From contig NC_086097.1 in the NCBI RefSeq assembly GCF_963921235.1, positions 32,056,001 through 32,120,000 of the forward strand: a stretch of DNA of 64,000 nucleotides, in the 5' to 3' direction. The translations under genes were made by a program, and so were the position numbers. Every line of letters begins with the position of its first letter. The stretch's first letter is position 1. Source of the stretch: Mobula hypostoma. Its lineage: Eukaryota. The notes below the pieces were generated by a model that saw only the letters and a list, made by a program, of their open reading frames with translations, made no database searches and was not told the DNA's origin. Shown in pieces: positions 1 through 12,700 of this stretch.

Positions 1-184
1 AGACCCACACGAACAGGCTGCAAGACAAGCTTTCCACTGTCCCTCACTACAAGTAGCAATAAAAAACCAATTCAAATTCCACAGACGTAAACGGTTTAAT
101 TCTCCATGGTTACCTCCCCAGCTCTGCTTTCCCTCCCCCTTCCATGAGGAGGGCTAGAGAAGAGATTTTAAGAGCCTGGCTGAG

Positions 185-667
185 CTATTTCATGAAAATG
201 ATTCCAGAATTGAATGGCTTGTCATGTGAAAGGTATTTGATGGCTCTGGGCCTGTATTCACTAGAATTCAGAAGAATGAGAGGTGACCTTTTTGAAACCT
301 ATCGAATGGTGAAACGCCTTGATATAGTGGATGTGGAAGGGATGCTTCCTGCAGTGGGAGAGTAAAAGACCAGAGGACACAGCCTCAGAACAGAGGGGCG
401 TCGTTTTAGAACAGAGATGAGGAGGAATTTCTTTAGCCAGTGGTGAATCTATGTAATTCATTGCCACAGGCAGCTGCTGAGGCCAAGTCTTTATGTATAT
501 TTAAGGCAGAGGCTGATAGATTCTCGAATGGTTAGGGCATGAAGGGATACAGGGAGAAGGCAGGAGATTGGGGCTGAGAGGAAAATTGAATTAGCCATGA
601 TGAAATGGCAGAAAAGACTCGATGGGCTAATTGGCCTAATTCTGCTCCTATATCTTATAGTCTTATA
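185..667 (+). mobile_element. CR1 LINE 3' fragment
   Basis: LGLYSLEFRRMRGDL motif, CR1 3' UTR and short repeat tail. Confidence 0.85.
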
Positions 668-1660
668 TTTGCCACCAGTGAGGTGCAGGTAGAATGGAGG
701 ATAGCGAATGTTGTGCTTTTATTTAAGAACGATGACAAAGAAAAACTGGGAATTATAGACCAATAAGTCTAAATCTGTGGTAGATCAGTTACTGGAGAGG
801 ATTCTGTGGAATAAAATATACATACATCAGGAAAAACGAGGTTTGATTAGGGGTAGTCAGCATGGCTTTGTGCACGGGAGATCGTATCTGACTAAGATTT
901 TTTTTTAAAGTAATCGAGAAGGTTGATGAAGGCAGAGCGGTAGATGTGGCCTTTACAGATCTTGGTAATGCCTTTGATAAGATTCCACATGGTTGTTATG
1001 GAAAGTTGGTTTGTATGGGATCCAAGGGGAATTGACTATTTGGATAGAGAATTGCCTCAAAGGTAGAAAGCAGAGGGTGGTGATGGAAGATTCTTTCTCA
1101 GACTGGATTAGTGGTGTTCCCCACGGGTCGCTCTGGGTCCATGGTTGTCTATCATCTATATCAACGACCTGGACGAGAATGTACAAGGCAAGGTTAGTAA
1201 GTTTGCAGATGACACAGTGGTGGACAGTGCAGAAAGTGTTCAAATATTACAGGGGAATTGTGATCAGCAGGGTAAGTAGGCTGAGGAATCATAAATAGAG
1301 TTTCATTCAGCTAAGTATGAGGTGTTGCATCTTAGAAAGTCAAACCCCGGTTGGTTTTTCACGGGGAAAACCAGGGTCTAGGGAAATGTGGAACAAAGGG
1401 ACCTGGGTGTACAAGTACACAGTTCCCTAAAGTGGAGTCATAGATAGATAGGTCAGTGAAGAAGGCTTTTGGTACACAGGCCCTCATCAGTCATGGCATT
1501 GAGTATAAAAGCTGAGAGGGCATAGTGTTTGGGAGGCTGGGAGGAAACTGATAGAAGTTTATAGAATTATTGGAGGTACAGATATGGTAGATATTCACAG
1601 ACTTCTCTCCTGGGTAGAAATGCGGGAACCTCTGTATCTGGTTTAGAAAGACATCTGGTT
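668..1660 (+). mobile_element. Degenerate CR1 reverse transcriptase fragment
   Basis: Frameshifted SQHGF, AFDKIPH and SGVPHGS motifs. Confidence 0.8.
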
Positions 1661-1732
1661 TTCTGGCACCCCTAGGGAGAATGGTCATAGAGTATCAAAG
1701 TAACACAGCATGGAAACAGGCCCTTCAACCCA

Positions 1733-4196
1733 TCAGCAAAAATAACAGGGTTGTTATCATGGGTGACTTTCACTTCCCTAATATTGATTGGCACCTGATT
1801 AGTTCCAAGGGTTTAGACGGGGCAGAGTTTGTTAAGTGTGTCCAGGATGGATTCCTGTCACAGTATGTGCACAGGCCGACAAGGAGGAATGCCATACTAG
1901 ATCTAGTATTAGGTAATGAACCGGGTCAGGTCACAGATCTCTCAGTGGGTGAGCATCTGGGGGACAGTGACCACCACTCCCTGGCCTTTAGCATTATCAT
2001 GGAAAAGGATAGAATCAGAGAGGACAGGAAAATTTTTAATTGGGGAAGGGCAAATTATGAGGCTATAAGGCTGGAACTTGCGGGTGTGAATTGGGATGAT
2101 GTTTTTGCAGGGAAATATACTATGGACATGTGGTCGATGTTTAGAGACCTCTTGCAGGATGTAAGGGATAAATTTGTCCCAGTGAGGAAGATAAAGAATG
2201 GTAGGGTGAAGGAACCATGGGTGACAAGTGAGGTGGAAAATCTAGTCAGGTGGAAGAAGGCAGCATACATGAGGTTTAGGAAGCAAGGATCAGATGGGTC
2301 TATTGAGGAATATAGGGAAGCAAGAAAGGAGCTTAAAAAGGGGCTGAGAAGAGCAAGAAGGGAGCATGAGAAGGCCTTGGTGAGTAGGGTAAAGAAAAAC
2401 CCCAAGGCATTCTTCAATTATGTGAAGAAAAAAAGGATGACAGGAGTGAAGGTAGGACCAATTAGAGATAAAGGTGGGAAGATGTGCCTGGAGGCTGTGG
2501 AAGTGAGCGAGGTCCTCAATGAATACTTCTCTTCGGTATTCACCAATGAGAGGGAACTTGATGATGGTGAGGACAATATGAGTGAGGTTGATGTTCTGGA
2601 GCATGTTGATATTAAGGGAGAGGAGGTGTTGGAGTTATTAAAATACATTAGGACGGATAAGTCCCTGTGGCCTAATGGAATATTCCCCAGGCTGCTCCAT
2701 GAGGCGAGGGAAGAGATTGCTGAGCCTCTGGCTAGGATCTTTATGTCCTTGTTGTCCAGGGGAATGGTACCGGAGGATTGGAGGGAGGCGAATGTTGTCC
2801 CCTTGTCCAGAAAAGGTAGTAGGGATAGTCCGGGTAATTATAGACCAGTGAGCCTTACATATGTGGTGGGAAAGCTGTTGGAAAAGATTCTTAGGGATAG
2901 GATCTATGGGCATTTAGAGAATCATGGTCTGATCAGGGACAGTCAGCATGGCTTTGTGAAGGGCAGATCGTGTCTAACAAGCCTGATAGAGTTCTTTGAG
3001 GAGGTGACCAGGCATATAGATGAGGGTAGTGCAGTGGATGTGATCTATATGGATTTTAGTAAGGCATTTGACAAGGTTCCACACGGTAGGCTTATTCAGA
3101 AAGTCAGAAGGCATGGAATCCAGGGAAGTTTGGCCAGGTGGATTCAGAATTGGCTTGCCTGCAGAAGGCAGAGGGTCGTGGTGGAGGGAGTACATTCAGA
3201 TTGGAGGATTGTGACTAGTGGTGTCCCACAAGGATCTGTTCTGGGACCTCTAATTTTCATGACTTTTATTAACGACCTGGATGTGGGGGTAGAAGGGTGG
3301 GTTGGCAAGTTTGCAGATGACACAAAGGTTGGTGGTGTTGTAGATAGTGTAGAGGATTGTCAAAGATTGCAGAGAGACATTGATAGGATGCAGAAGTGGG
3401 CTGAGAAGTGGCAGATGGAGTTCAACCCGGAGAAGTGTGAGATGGTACACTTTGGAAGGACAAACTCCAAGGCAGAGTAGAAAGTAAATGGCAGGATACT
3501 TGGTAGTGTGGAGGAGCAGAGGGATCCGGGGGTACATGTCCACAGATCCCTGAAAGTTGCCTCACAGGTGGATAAGGTAGTTAATAAAGCTTATGGGGTG
3601 TTAGCTTTCATAAGTCGAGGGATAGAGTTTAAGAGTCGCGATGTAATGATGCAGCTCTATAAAACTCTGGTTAGGCCACACTTGGAGTACTGTGTCCAGT
3701 TCTGGTCGCCTCACTATCGGAAGGATGTGGAAACATTGGAAAGGGTACAGAGGAGATTTACCAGGATGCTGCCTGGTTTAAAGAGTATGCATTATGATCA
3801 GAGATTAAGGGAGCTAGGGCTTTACTCTTTGGAGAGAAGGAGGATGAGAGGAGACATGATAGAGATGTACAAGATATTAAGAGGAATAGATAGAGTGGAT
3901 AGCCAGTGCCTCTTCCCCAGGGCACCACTGCTCAATACAAGAGGACATGGCTTTAAGGTAAGGGGTGGGAAGTTCAAGGGGGATATTAGAGGAAGGTTTT
4001 TTACTCAGAGAGTGGAATGGAATGCACTGCCTGAGTCAGTGGTGGAGGCAGATACACTAGTGAAATTTAAGAGACTACTAGACAGGTATATGGAGGAATT
4101 TAAGGTGGGGGCTTATATGGGAGGCAGGGTTTGAGGGTTGGCATAACATTGTGGGCTGAAGGGCCTGTACTGTGCTGTACTATTCTATGTTCTATG
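1733..4196 (+). mobile_element. 5'-truncated CR1 LINE, ORF2 (partial APE endonuclease plus RT) with one nonsense codon at 3478-3480
   Basis: ORFs 1681-3480 and 3508-4134 share a frame; MGDF, DSDH, GVPQGS, KFADD motifs; (TTCTATG)n tail. Confidence 0.95.
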
Positions 4197-4357
4197 CCAG
4201 CAGCATCCTCCCTGATATTCTGGTGCCTGCATTCGGCCCAGAACCCTCCAAGTCTCTCCCCTCTTCACCTATCCAAATGCCTCTTAAATGTTACAACTGC
4301 ACCTGTCTCAACCACATCCTCTGGCACTTCATTCCAAGTACTCACTGCCCTCTGTGT

Positions 4358-6186
4358 ATAGAAACATAGAAACATAGAAAATAGGTGCAGGAGTAGGCCA
4401 TTCGGCCCTTCGAGCCTGCACTGCCATTTATTATGATCATGGCTGATCATCCAACTCAGAACCCAGCCCTCCCTCCATACCCCCTGACCCCTGTAGCCAC
4501 AAGGGCCATATCTAACTTCCTTTTAAACATAGCTAATGAACTGGCCTCAACAGTTTGCTGTGGCAGAGAATTCCACAGATTCACCACTCTCTGTGTGAAG
4601 AAGTTTTTCCTAATCTCGGTCCTAAAAGGCTTCCCCTCTATCCTCAAACTGTGACCCCTCGTTCTGGACCTCCCCAACATCGGGAACAATCTTCCCACAT
4701 CTAGCCTGTCCAATCCCTTTAGGATCTTATACGTTTCAATCAGATCCCCCCTCAATCTTCTAAATTCCAACGAGTACAAGCCCAGTTCATCCAGTCTTTC
4801 TTCATATGAAAGACCTGCCATCCCAGGAATCAATCTGGTGAACCTTCTTTGTACTCCCTCTATGGCAAAGATGTCTTTCCTCAGATTAGGGGACCAAAAC
4901 TGCACACAATACTCCAGGTGTGGTCTCACCAAGGCCTTGTACAACTGCAGTAGTACCTCCCTGCTCCTGTACTCGAATCCTCTCGCTATAAATGCCAGCA
5001 TACCGTTCGCCTTTTTCACCGCCTGCTGTACCTGCATGCCCACTTTCAATGACTGGTGTATAATGACACCCAGGTCTCGTTGCACCTCCCCTTTTCCTAA
5101 TCGGCCACCATTCAGATAATAATCTGTTTTCCTATTTTTGCCACCAAAGTGGATAACTTCACATTTATCCACATTAAATTGCATCTGCCATGAGTTTGCC
5201 CACTCACCCAACCTATCCAAGTCACCCTGCATCCTCTTAGCATCCTCCTCACTGCTAACACTGCCACCCAGCTTCGTGTCATCCGCAAACTTGGAGATGC
5301 TGCATTTAATTCCCTCATCCAAGTCATTAATATATATTGTAAACAACTGGGGTCCCAGCACTGAGCCTTGCGGTACCCCACTAGTCACCGCCTGCCATTC
5401 TGAAAAGGTCCCGTTTATTCCCACTCTTTGCTTCCTGTCTGCTAACCAATTCTCCACCCACACCAATACCTTACCCCCAATACCGTGTGCTTTAAGTTTG
5501 CACACTAATCTCCTGTGTGGGACCTTGTCAAAAGCCTTTTGAAAATCCAAATATACCACATCCACTGGTTCTCCCCTATCCACTCTACTAGTTACATCCT
5601 CAAAAAATTCTATGAGATTCGTCAGACATGATTTTCCTTTCACAAATCCATGCTGACTTTGTCCGATCATTTCACCGCTTTCCAAATGTGCTGTTATCAC
5701 ATCCTTGATAACTGACTCCAGCAGTTTCCCCACCACCGACGTTAGGCTAACGGGCCTATAATTCCCCGGTTTCTCTCTCCCTCCTTTTTTAAAAAGTGGG
5801 GTTACATTAGCCACCCTCCAATCCTCAGGAACTAGTCCAGAATCTAACGAGTTTTGAAAAATTATCACTAATGCATCCACTATTTCTTGGGCTACTTCCT
5901 TAAGCACTCTGAGATGCAGACCATCTGGCCCTGGGGATTTATCTGCCTTCAATCCCTTCAATTTACCTAACACCACTTCCCTACTAACATGTATTTCACT
6001 CAGTTCCTCCATCTCACTGGACCCTCTGTCCCTTACTATTTCTGGAAGATTATTTATGTCCTCCTTAGTGAAGACAGAACCAAAATAATTATTCAATTGG
6101 TCTGCCATGTCCTTGCTCCCCATAATCAATTCACCTGTTTCTGTCTGCAGGGGACCTACATTTGTCTTTATCAGTCTTTTCCTTTC
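4358..6186 (-). mobile_element. Young 5'-truncated CR1 LINE with uninterrupted RT ORF (4456-6129)
   Basis: 557-aa open RT frame, KFADD; (TTTCTATG)n tail seen on + as (catagaaa)n. Confidence 0.95.
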
Positions 6187-6482
6187 AAGTTACCTCTCAA
6201 ATCTCTCTTAAATCTCTCCCCTCCTATCTTGTATCTGTGCCCTCCTCAATCCCGGGGGAAAGATGATGACTGTCCAGCTTATCCAAACCCCTCATGATTT
6301 ATAAACTGCTATGAGCTCACCCCTCATTCTCCTTCACCCCAGCGAATGAACGTCCAGCATGGACAACCTCTCCCTATAAGTCAAACCCTCTCAGCTGGGC
6401 AGCATCCTCATAAACCTCTCCTGCATCCGCTCCAGCTTGGCAACGGAATCCCTGTAATAGGGAGACTAAAACTACACGCAAG
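6187..6482 (-). mobile_element. Older CR1 fragment, continuing 4200-4357 and 1700-1732
   Basis: Reverse-complement CR1 ORF2 C-terminal sequence resumes after the insertion. Confidence 0.7.
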
Positions 6483-6587
6483 TAGGAGTGGAGACTTGGG
6501 TCGTGGAGATGTGAGATGTGGTGGGGAGGGTGTGGGACCGGGAGACGTTGGACTGGCAGGGCCGGGTGTACAGGACATGGGACTTAC

Positions 6588-6796
6588 CCCAAGGCTCCGC
6601 ATCTTCTCCTGGATGGTGGTGAGGGTGCTGGGGGTCTCCGGGGTCCGAGCCGCCTCCAGGGCGGGTGCAACGTGGCTGAGCCAGGTGGAGACGTGATCCA
6701 GGTCGGAGTTGAACTGTTGCCACTGCTGTAGGTTCTGCTTGACCAGGAGCTCCTTGCTGAGAGCTTGGGCGTGGAGCAGGTTCCAGCGCACGACGC
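6588..6796 (-). CDS. SYNE2: SYNE2-like exon R (209 nt): VVRWNLLHAQALSKELLVKQNLQQWQQFNSDL...QEKMRSLG
   Basis: TGCAG acceptor, GTAAGT donor; KQNLQ.WQQFNSDL motif. Confidence 0.92.
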
Positions 6797-9700
6797 CTGC
6801 ACACGGCCGGGACAGGTCAGAGATTCAAGATCAGTTTTATTTGTCACACGTGCATCGGAACATACAGAAGAACTGAAGAATTTCAGAGTTGTATACTTTG
6901 ATAATAAACGAACCTTTGAACAACATCGTTTGCGTCAAGAACCAACACAATTCAAGGATGTGCTGGGGGCAGCTCGCAAGTGTCGCCGTGCTTCTGACGC
7001 CAACGTAGCATGCCTGCAGCTGACTAAGCAGAGCCCGTACGCCTTTGCAATGCGGGAAGACAACTGAGCACCCAGAGGAAGCCGAGGAGGCCACAGGGAA
7101 AGTATACGTACAGTACTCTTAACAGACAGCAGTGGGACACGAACCTGGTTTGCTGATGCTGTAAAGCGTTGTGCTAACCGCTACACTACCATGCTCCACC
7201 TGAGCCCAGAACAGCACGTACCTTCCTCTTCCACCTCAGGCCCCAGGGACACCCAGAGCACCAAGCCCCACCCCCACCTCAGCCGGGGAACTCAGAGCAA
7301 GAGGGGGCCCAGAGTTGAGACGGCTGCTCTGGACTGGGACAAAGAGGGCAAATACACTCCTACTGCTCTGTGTCAGAGAGGTGGGGTGGGGAGGGATGGT
7401 GAGATCTCCCTTAAAAGGCTGCAGTTCTTCTGATGATGGTGCTCCCACACAGTACACAGCACTCCTCTCCTCCATCTTCCTTCTCTTTTGCACTATTCAC
7501 CTACTATATTGTCAATTATAACTATATTCATGCCTTTACACTGTACTGCTGCCACAAAACAACAAATTTCAGGATAGTAAACCTGATTCTGATAGATCCA
7601 GTGATAGAGACGAAATGGTGAGATTCTTCCAACTGGGAGTGGTGTGGGTCCGGGAGGGTGGGGGGGGGGGTTTGAAGTGTGGGATCTGGGAGGGGCTGTT
7701 AGAGTTGCCCAGGTGAGTAATTGTGGAAAGGGTACTGACCAGCCAACCCAACTGGCACTCCCCTGACCCATAACCCTAAGCCTTTGCCCATCTCTGACCA
7801 CTCTTGACCACCTGACATTTTGTCCATCTTGGACCCCTAGCCCCTCATCCTTCACCCTTTTTTCACCCAAATCCTCACCTATCCCTGACCCCCGACCCTC
7901 ACCTGCCATGGGCTGATCCGAAACATTCGTCTCCACGGATCCCGCGTCCTGGGGAAAGTTATTCTTCAGGTCATCCGGCACTCGCTGGACATCCTCTGTG
8001 CTTCCGGAACCTTCTGAAAGGAGTTTAGCCTAGAGGAGTTTCACACAGTGAGACTCAATATCAGGAGTTAATGTACAGGTCAATGCATCATACACTCCCA
8101 ACATTGGAATGAAGCTCCCTCTGCATCATCCCATCACACACTTCCAGGGGTAGACAGAGTGAAGCCCCCTCTGCACCGTCCCATCACACACTTCCAGGGG
8201 TAGACAGAGTGAAGCCCCCTCTGCATCATCCCATCACACACTTCCAGGGGTAGACAGAGTGAAGCCCCCTCTGCACCGTCCCATCACACACTTCCAGGGG
8301 TAGACAGAGTGAAGCCCCCTCTGCACTGTCCCATCACACACTTTCGGAGGTAGACAGAGTGAAGTTTCCTTCACGCTGTCCCATCATACACTCCCAGGGT
8401 TAGACACACAGTGAAGCTCCCTCTGCATTATCCCACCACACATTCTCTGGGGTCAGACACAGAGTGAAGTTTCCTCTACACTGTTCCCTTATACATTTCC
8501 AAAGTCAGAGTGAAGCTCCCTCCACAATGTCCTATCACACACTCCCTAGGGTCAGACAAATAGTGATTCGTGAGCGATGTTAATTGCACTAATATTGGCA
8601 TGGTGAAAAGCGCTTTGACAGGGTGGAGTTGTAAAATGTGTCCTGAAGGTTTCCTTGTAGAGGGTCCTGCTAGAGAGGGTGCAACGCTAGACTTCTTCTG
8701 AGGGAATGAGAGGGAAGTGGCAACTTGGGTCTAGTGACATGGACTGGCCCTATCTTAACAGGAGAGACCTGGTTAAGGGTGAGATGTGGTTAAGAGTTAT
8801 GGGGAGAGGTTGGCCAAGCCACTTCTTTATAAGACCATAAGACTCAGGAGCTGAATTACACCATTCTGTCCATTGAATTTGCTCCACCATTCCTCATGGC
8901 TGATTTATTCTCCCTCTGAACCTCAACCTCCCCATAACCTTTGACACCCTTACTAATCAGAAACCTATCAACCTTTCAGACGCGGGCAGCGTCGGTGCGG
9001 GAGCAAGGAGTGCTCGAGGTCGACGGACGACTGGAGATCAGAGGGTCGGAGGATCAGCCATTGTAGGTAGGCCGAGGAAGATCGGGACTACCTAGGCATT
9101 ACCTGAGGAGAGTAAAACTGCGCAGGCGCGGGTGACGTCAGCGGCGAGCGCGGAGTTTAAAAAGAGGCCCACTTTCAGGCGCGGGCAGTGGAGTGCGCGG
9201 GAGCAGAGTGCTGGGCTTTGGCTCAGTGGGCTTCGGCGTAAGGGGGTCTTCGGTGAGAGGTAATCAGTGAGCCTGAGTACGTGCTTGCTGAGGAAAAAAG
9301 GTAAGGTTGGTAGGTACCTTTTCATTTATTCTGATTAATCTGGGATCAGGTAATGGGGGAGATAGTTAGAGCAGTGGTGTGCTCCATATGCAGTATGTGG
9401 GAGGTCAGGGTCAATGCAGTTGTCCCTGATGACCACACCTGCAGAACGTGCATCCAGCTGCAGCTCCTATCAGAGCAAGTTGGGGAATTGGAGCTGGAGC
9501 TGGAGCTGGATGAACTACGGATCATTCGGGAGGCAGAGACAGAGATAGATAAGAGTTATCAGGAGGTAGGCAACTGGGTGACTGTCAGGAGATCGAGGGG
9601 GAGCAGGCAGTGAGAGCAGAGCACCCCTGTGGCCATTCCCATCAACAATAAGTATACCGTTTTGGATACTGCTGGTGGGGATGACCTACCAGGAACAAGT

Positions 9701-12700
9701 TGCAGTGGTCCTGTCTCTGGCACTGAGGTTGGACCCTCGACACAGAAGGGGAGGAGGGAAGAGAGGACGGTGGTAGTGATAGGGGATTCTATAGTCAGGG
9801 GGGCAGATAGGAGATTTTGTGGGGGAGATCGGGAGTCTCGGATGGTATGTTGCCTCCCTGGTGCCGGGGTCTGGGACATCTCAGATCGGGTGCAGGTTAT
9901 TCTCGAGAGGGAGGGCAAGAATCCAGATGTTGTGGTCCATGTAGGGACCAACGACGTGGGTAGGAAGAGTGAGGGGGTCCTGCGTAGTGAGTTCAGGGAG
10001 TTAGGTGCGAAGCTGAAGGGCAGGACCTCCAGGGTAACAATCTCAGGATTGCTACCTGTGCTACATGCCAGTGAGGCGAGGAACAGAAGGATTATACAGA
10101 TCAATACGTGGCTGAGAGGATGGTGCAGGAGGGAGGGCTTCAGGTTTTTAGATAATTGGGCTTTATTCCAGGGAAGGTGGGATCTGTTCCGACGGGACGG
10201 TTTGCACCTGAACTGGAGGGGTACTAACATTCTTGCAGGAAAGTTTGCTAGTGCTGCTTGGGGGAGTTTAAACTAAATTTGCAGGGGGCAGGGATCCAGA
10301 ATGTGAGAGAGGATAGCGAGATGAAGTATAAAGGACAGGTGGGGATTACACGGTTCCGGAATATTAAGTGTGAAGTAGAGAAAGGTGAGGCGGAACGAGT
10401 GATAAGGAGGATACATGTGCAGAGGGATGGTCTGACGGAGCATGGAGTTAAATGTGTAGAAAGAGTAAGTAAATTTAAGAAGGACAACAAAATTCAAGGG
10501 GCGTATAGCCCAGTGAGAGTTCGGGGAGCTGGGTTACGCATAATAGGCAGCGATTTAAATAGAGAGAGGAGAAATGGGTTAAAAATTCTATAACTGAATG
10601 CACGAAGTGTCAGAAATAAGGCAGATGAGCTTGAACCTCAGGTGTGAATGGGTAACTATGATGTTGTTGGGATGATGGAGACATGGCTGCAGGGGGATCA
10701 GACCTGGGAATTGAATGTACAAGGGTATATGTGCTACCGAAGGGACAGAAAGGTGGGCAGAGGGGGTGGGGTGGCCCTGTTGGTGAGGAATGAGATTCAG
10801 TCCCTTGCAAGGAGGGACATAGAATCAGGAGAAGTAGAGTCAGTTTGGATAGAACTGAGGAACAGTAAGGGTAAAAAGACCCTAATAGGTGTTATCTACA
10901 GGCCCCCAAACAGTAGCATGGATATTGGGTGCAAGTTGAATAGGGAGTTAACAATGGCATGTGGCAAAGGAAATGTAGCAGTAGTTATGGGGGGATTTCA
11001 ACTTGCAGGTGAACTGGGAAAATCAGGTTGGTACTGGACCCCACGATAGGGAGTTTGTAGAGTGCCTACGGGATGCATTTTTGGAACAGCTTGTACGATA
11101 GTCGACCAGGGATAAGGCTATTCTGGATTTAGTGTTGTGCAATGATAAGTGATTTGATAAGTGATCTTGAAGTAAAGGAGCCACTAGGAGGTAGTGACCA
11201 TAATATGATAAGTTTTTATCTGCAAGTTGAGAGGGATAAGGGCAGATCAGAAGTGTCAGTATTGCAGTTGAACAAAGGAGACTATGGAGCCATGAGGGAG
11301 GAGCTGGCCAAAGTTGACTGGTCGGATATCCTAGCAGAAACGACAGTGGAACAGCAATGGCAGGTATTCTTGGGAATAATGCACAAGGTGCAAAATCAGT
11401 TCATCCCCCGGAGAAGGAAGGATTCAAAGGGGGGAAAGTGGCCACAGTGGTTGACAAAGGAAGTCAGACATAGCATAGCATTAAAAAAGTATAACAGAGC
11501 TAGGGTGAGTGGGAAGATGGGATGATCGAGAAATTTTTAAGGAGCAACAGAACTTAACTAAAAAGGCAATACGGGGAGAAAAAATGAGGTATGAACGCAA
11601 GCTAGCTAGGAATATAAAGGAGGATAGCAAAAGTTTTTTTTTAGGTATCTGAAGAGAAGGAAGATAGTTAAGAACAATGTTGGGCCCTTGAAGAATGAAT
11701 TGGGAGAAATTGTTATGGGAAACAGAGAAATGGCAGACAAATTTAATAAGTACTTTGGATCTGTCTTCACTAGGGAAGACACAAGCAATCTCCCAGATGT
11801 ATGGATGGGCCAAGGACATAGGGTAATAGAGGAACTGAAACAGATTGACATTAGGAAGGGAACGGTGATGAGTAGACTGATGGGACTGAAGGCTAACAAA
11901 TCCCCAGGTCCAGATGGTCTGCATCCTAGGGTACTAAAGGAGGTGGCTCTGGAAATTGCGGATGCATTGGTGATCATTTTCCAATGTTCCTTAGATTCAG
12001 GATCAGTTCCTGAGGATTGGCGAATGGCTAATGTTATCCCACTTTTTAAGAAAGGAAGGAGGGAGAAAACAGAGAACTATCGCCCTGTTAGCCTAACATC
12101 AGTAGTGGGGAAGATGCTAGAGTCCATTATTAAAGACGAAACAGCGGCATATCTTGATAGCAGTGATAAGATTGGGCCGAGCCAGCATGGATTTACCATG
12201 GGCAAATCATGCTTGACTAATCTATTGGAGTTTTTCGAGGATGTAACCAGGAGATCCAGTGGATGTGGTGTACCTTGACTTTCAGAAGGCATTTGATAAG
12301 GTACCATATAGGAGATTGGTGGGTAAAATCAGAGCTCATGGCATTGGGGGGAGGATATTGACATGGATAGAAAACTGGTTGGCAGATAGAAAGCAAAGGG
12401 TAGCAGTGAATGGGTGTTTCTCGGAATGGCAGGTGGTGACTAGTGGGGTGCCACAGGGCTCGGTATTGGGACCACAGCTGTTTACGATTTATGTCAATGA
12501 TTTAGAGGAAGGCATTGTGAATAACATCAGCAAGTTTGCTGATGATACTAAGCTGGGTGGCAGTGTGACATGTGATGAGGATGTTAGGAAAATTCAAGGT
12601 GACTTGGATAGGCTGGGTGAGTGGGCAGAAACTTGGCAGATGGCATTTAATGTGAATAAGTGTGAGGTTATTCACTTTGGGAGCTAGAACAGGAAGGCAG

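Noticed and set aside
8105..8560. Regular repeat array as a CRISPR
   Set aside because: Units are contiguous with no unique spacers and no cas genes; eukaryotic minisatellite.
9629..10276. Host SGNH/GDSL esterase gene
   Set aside because: It is the CR1 ORF1 esterase domain, directly upstream of ORF2.
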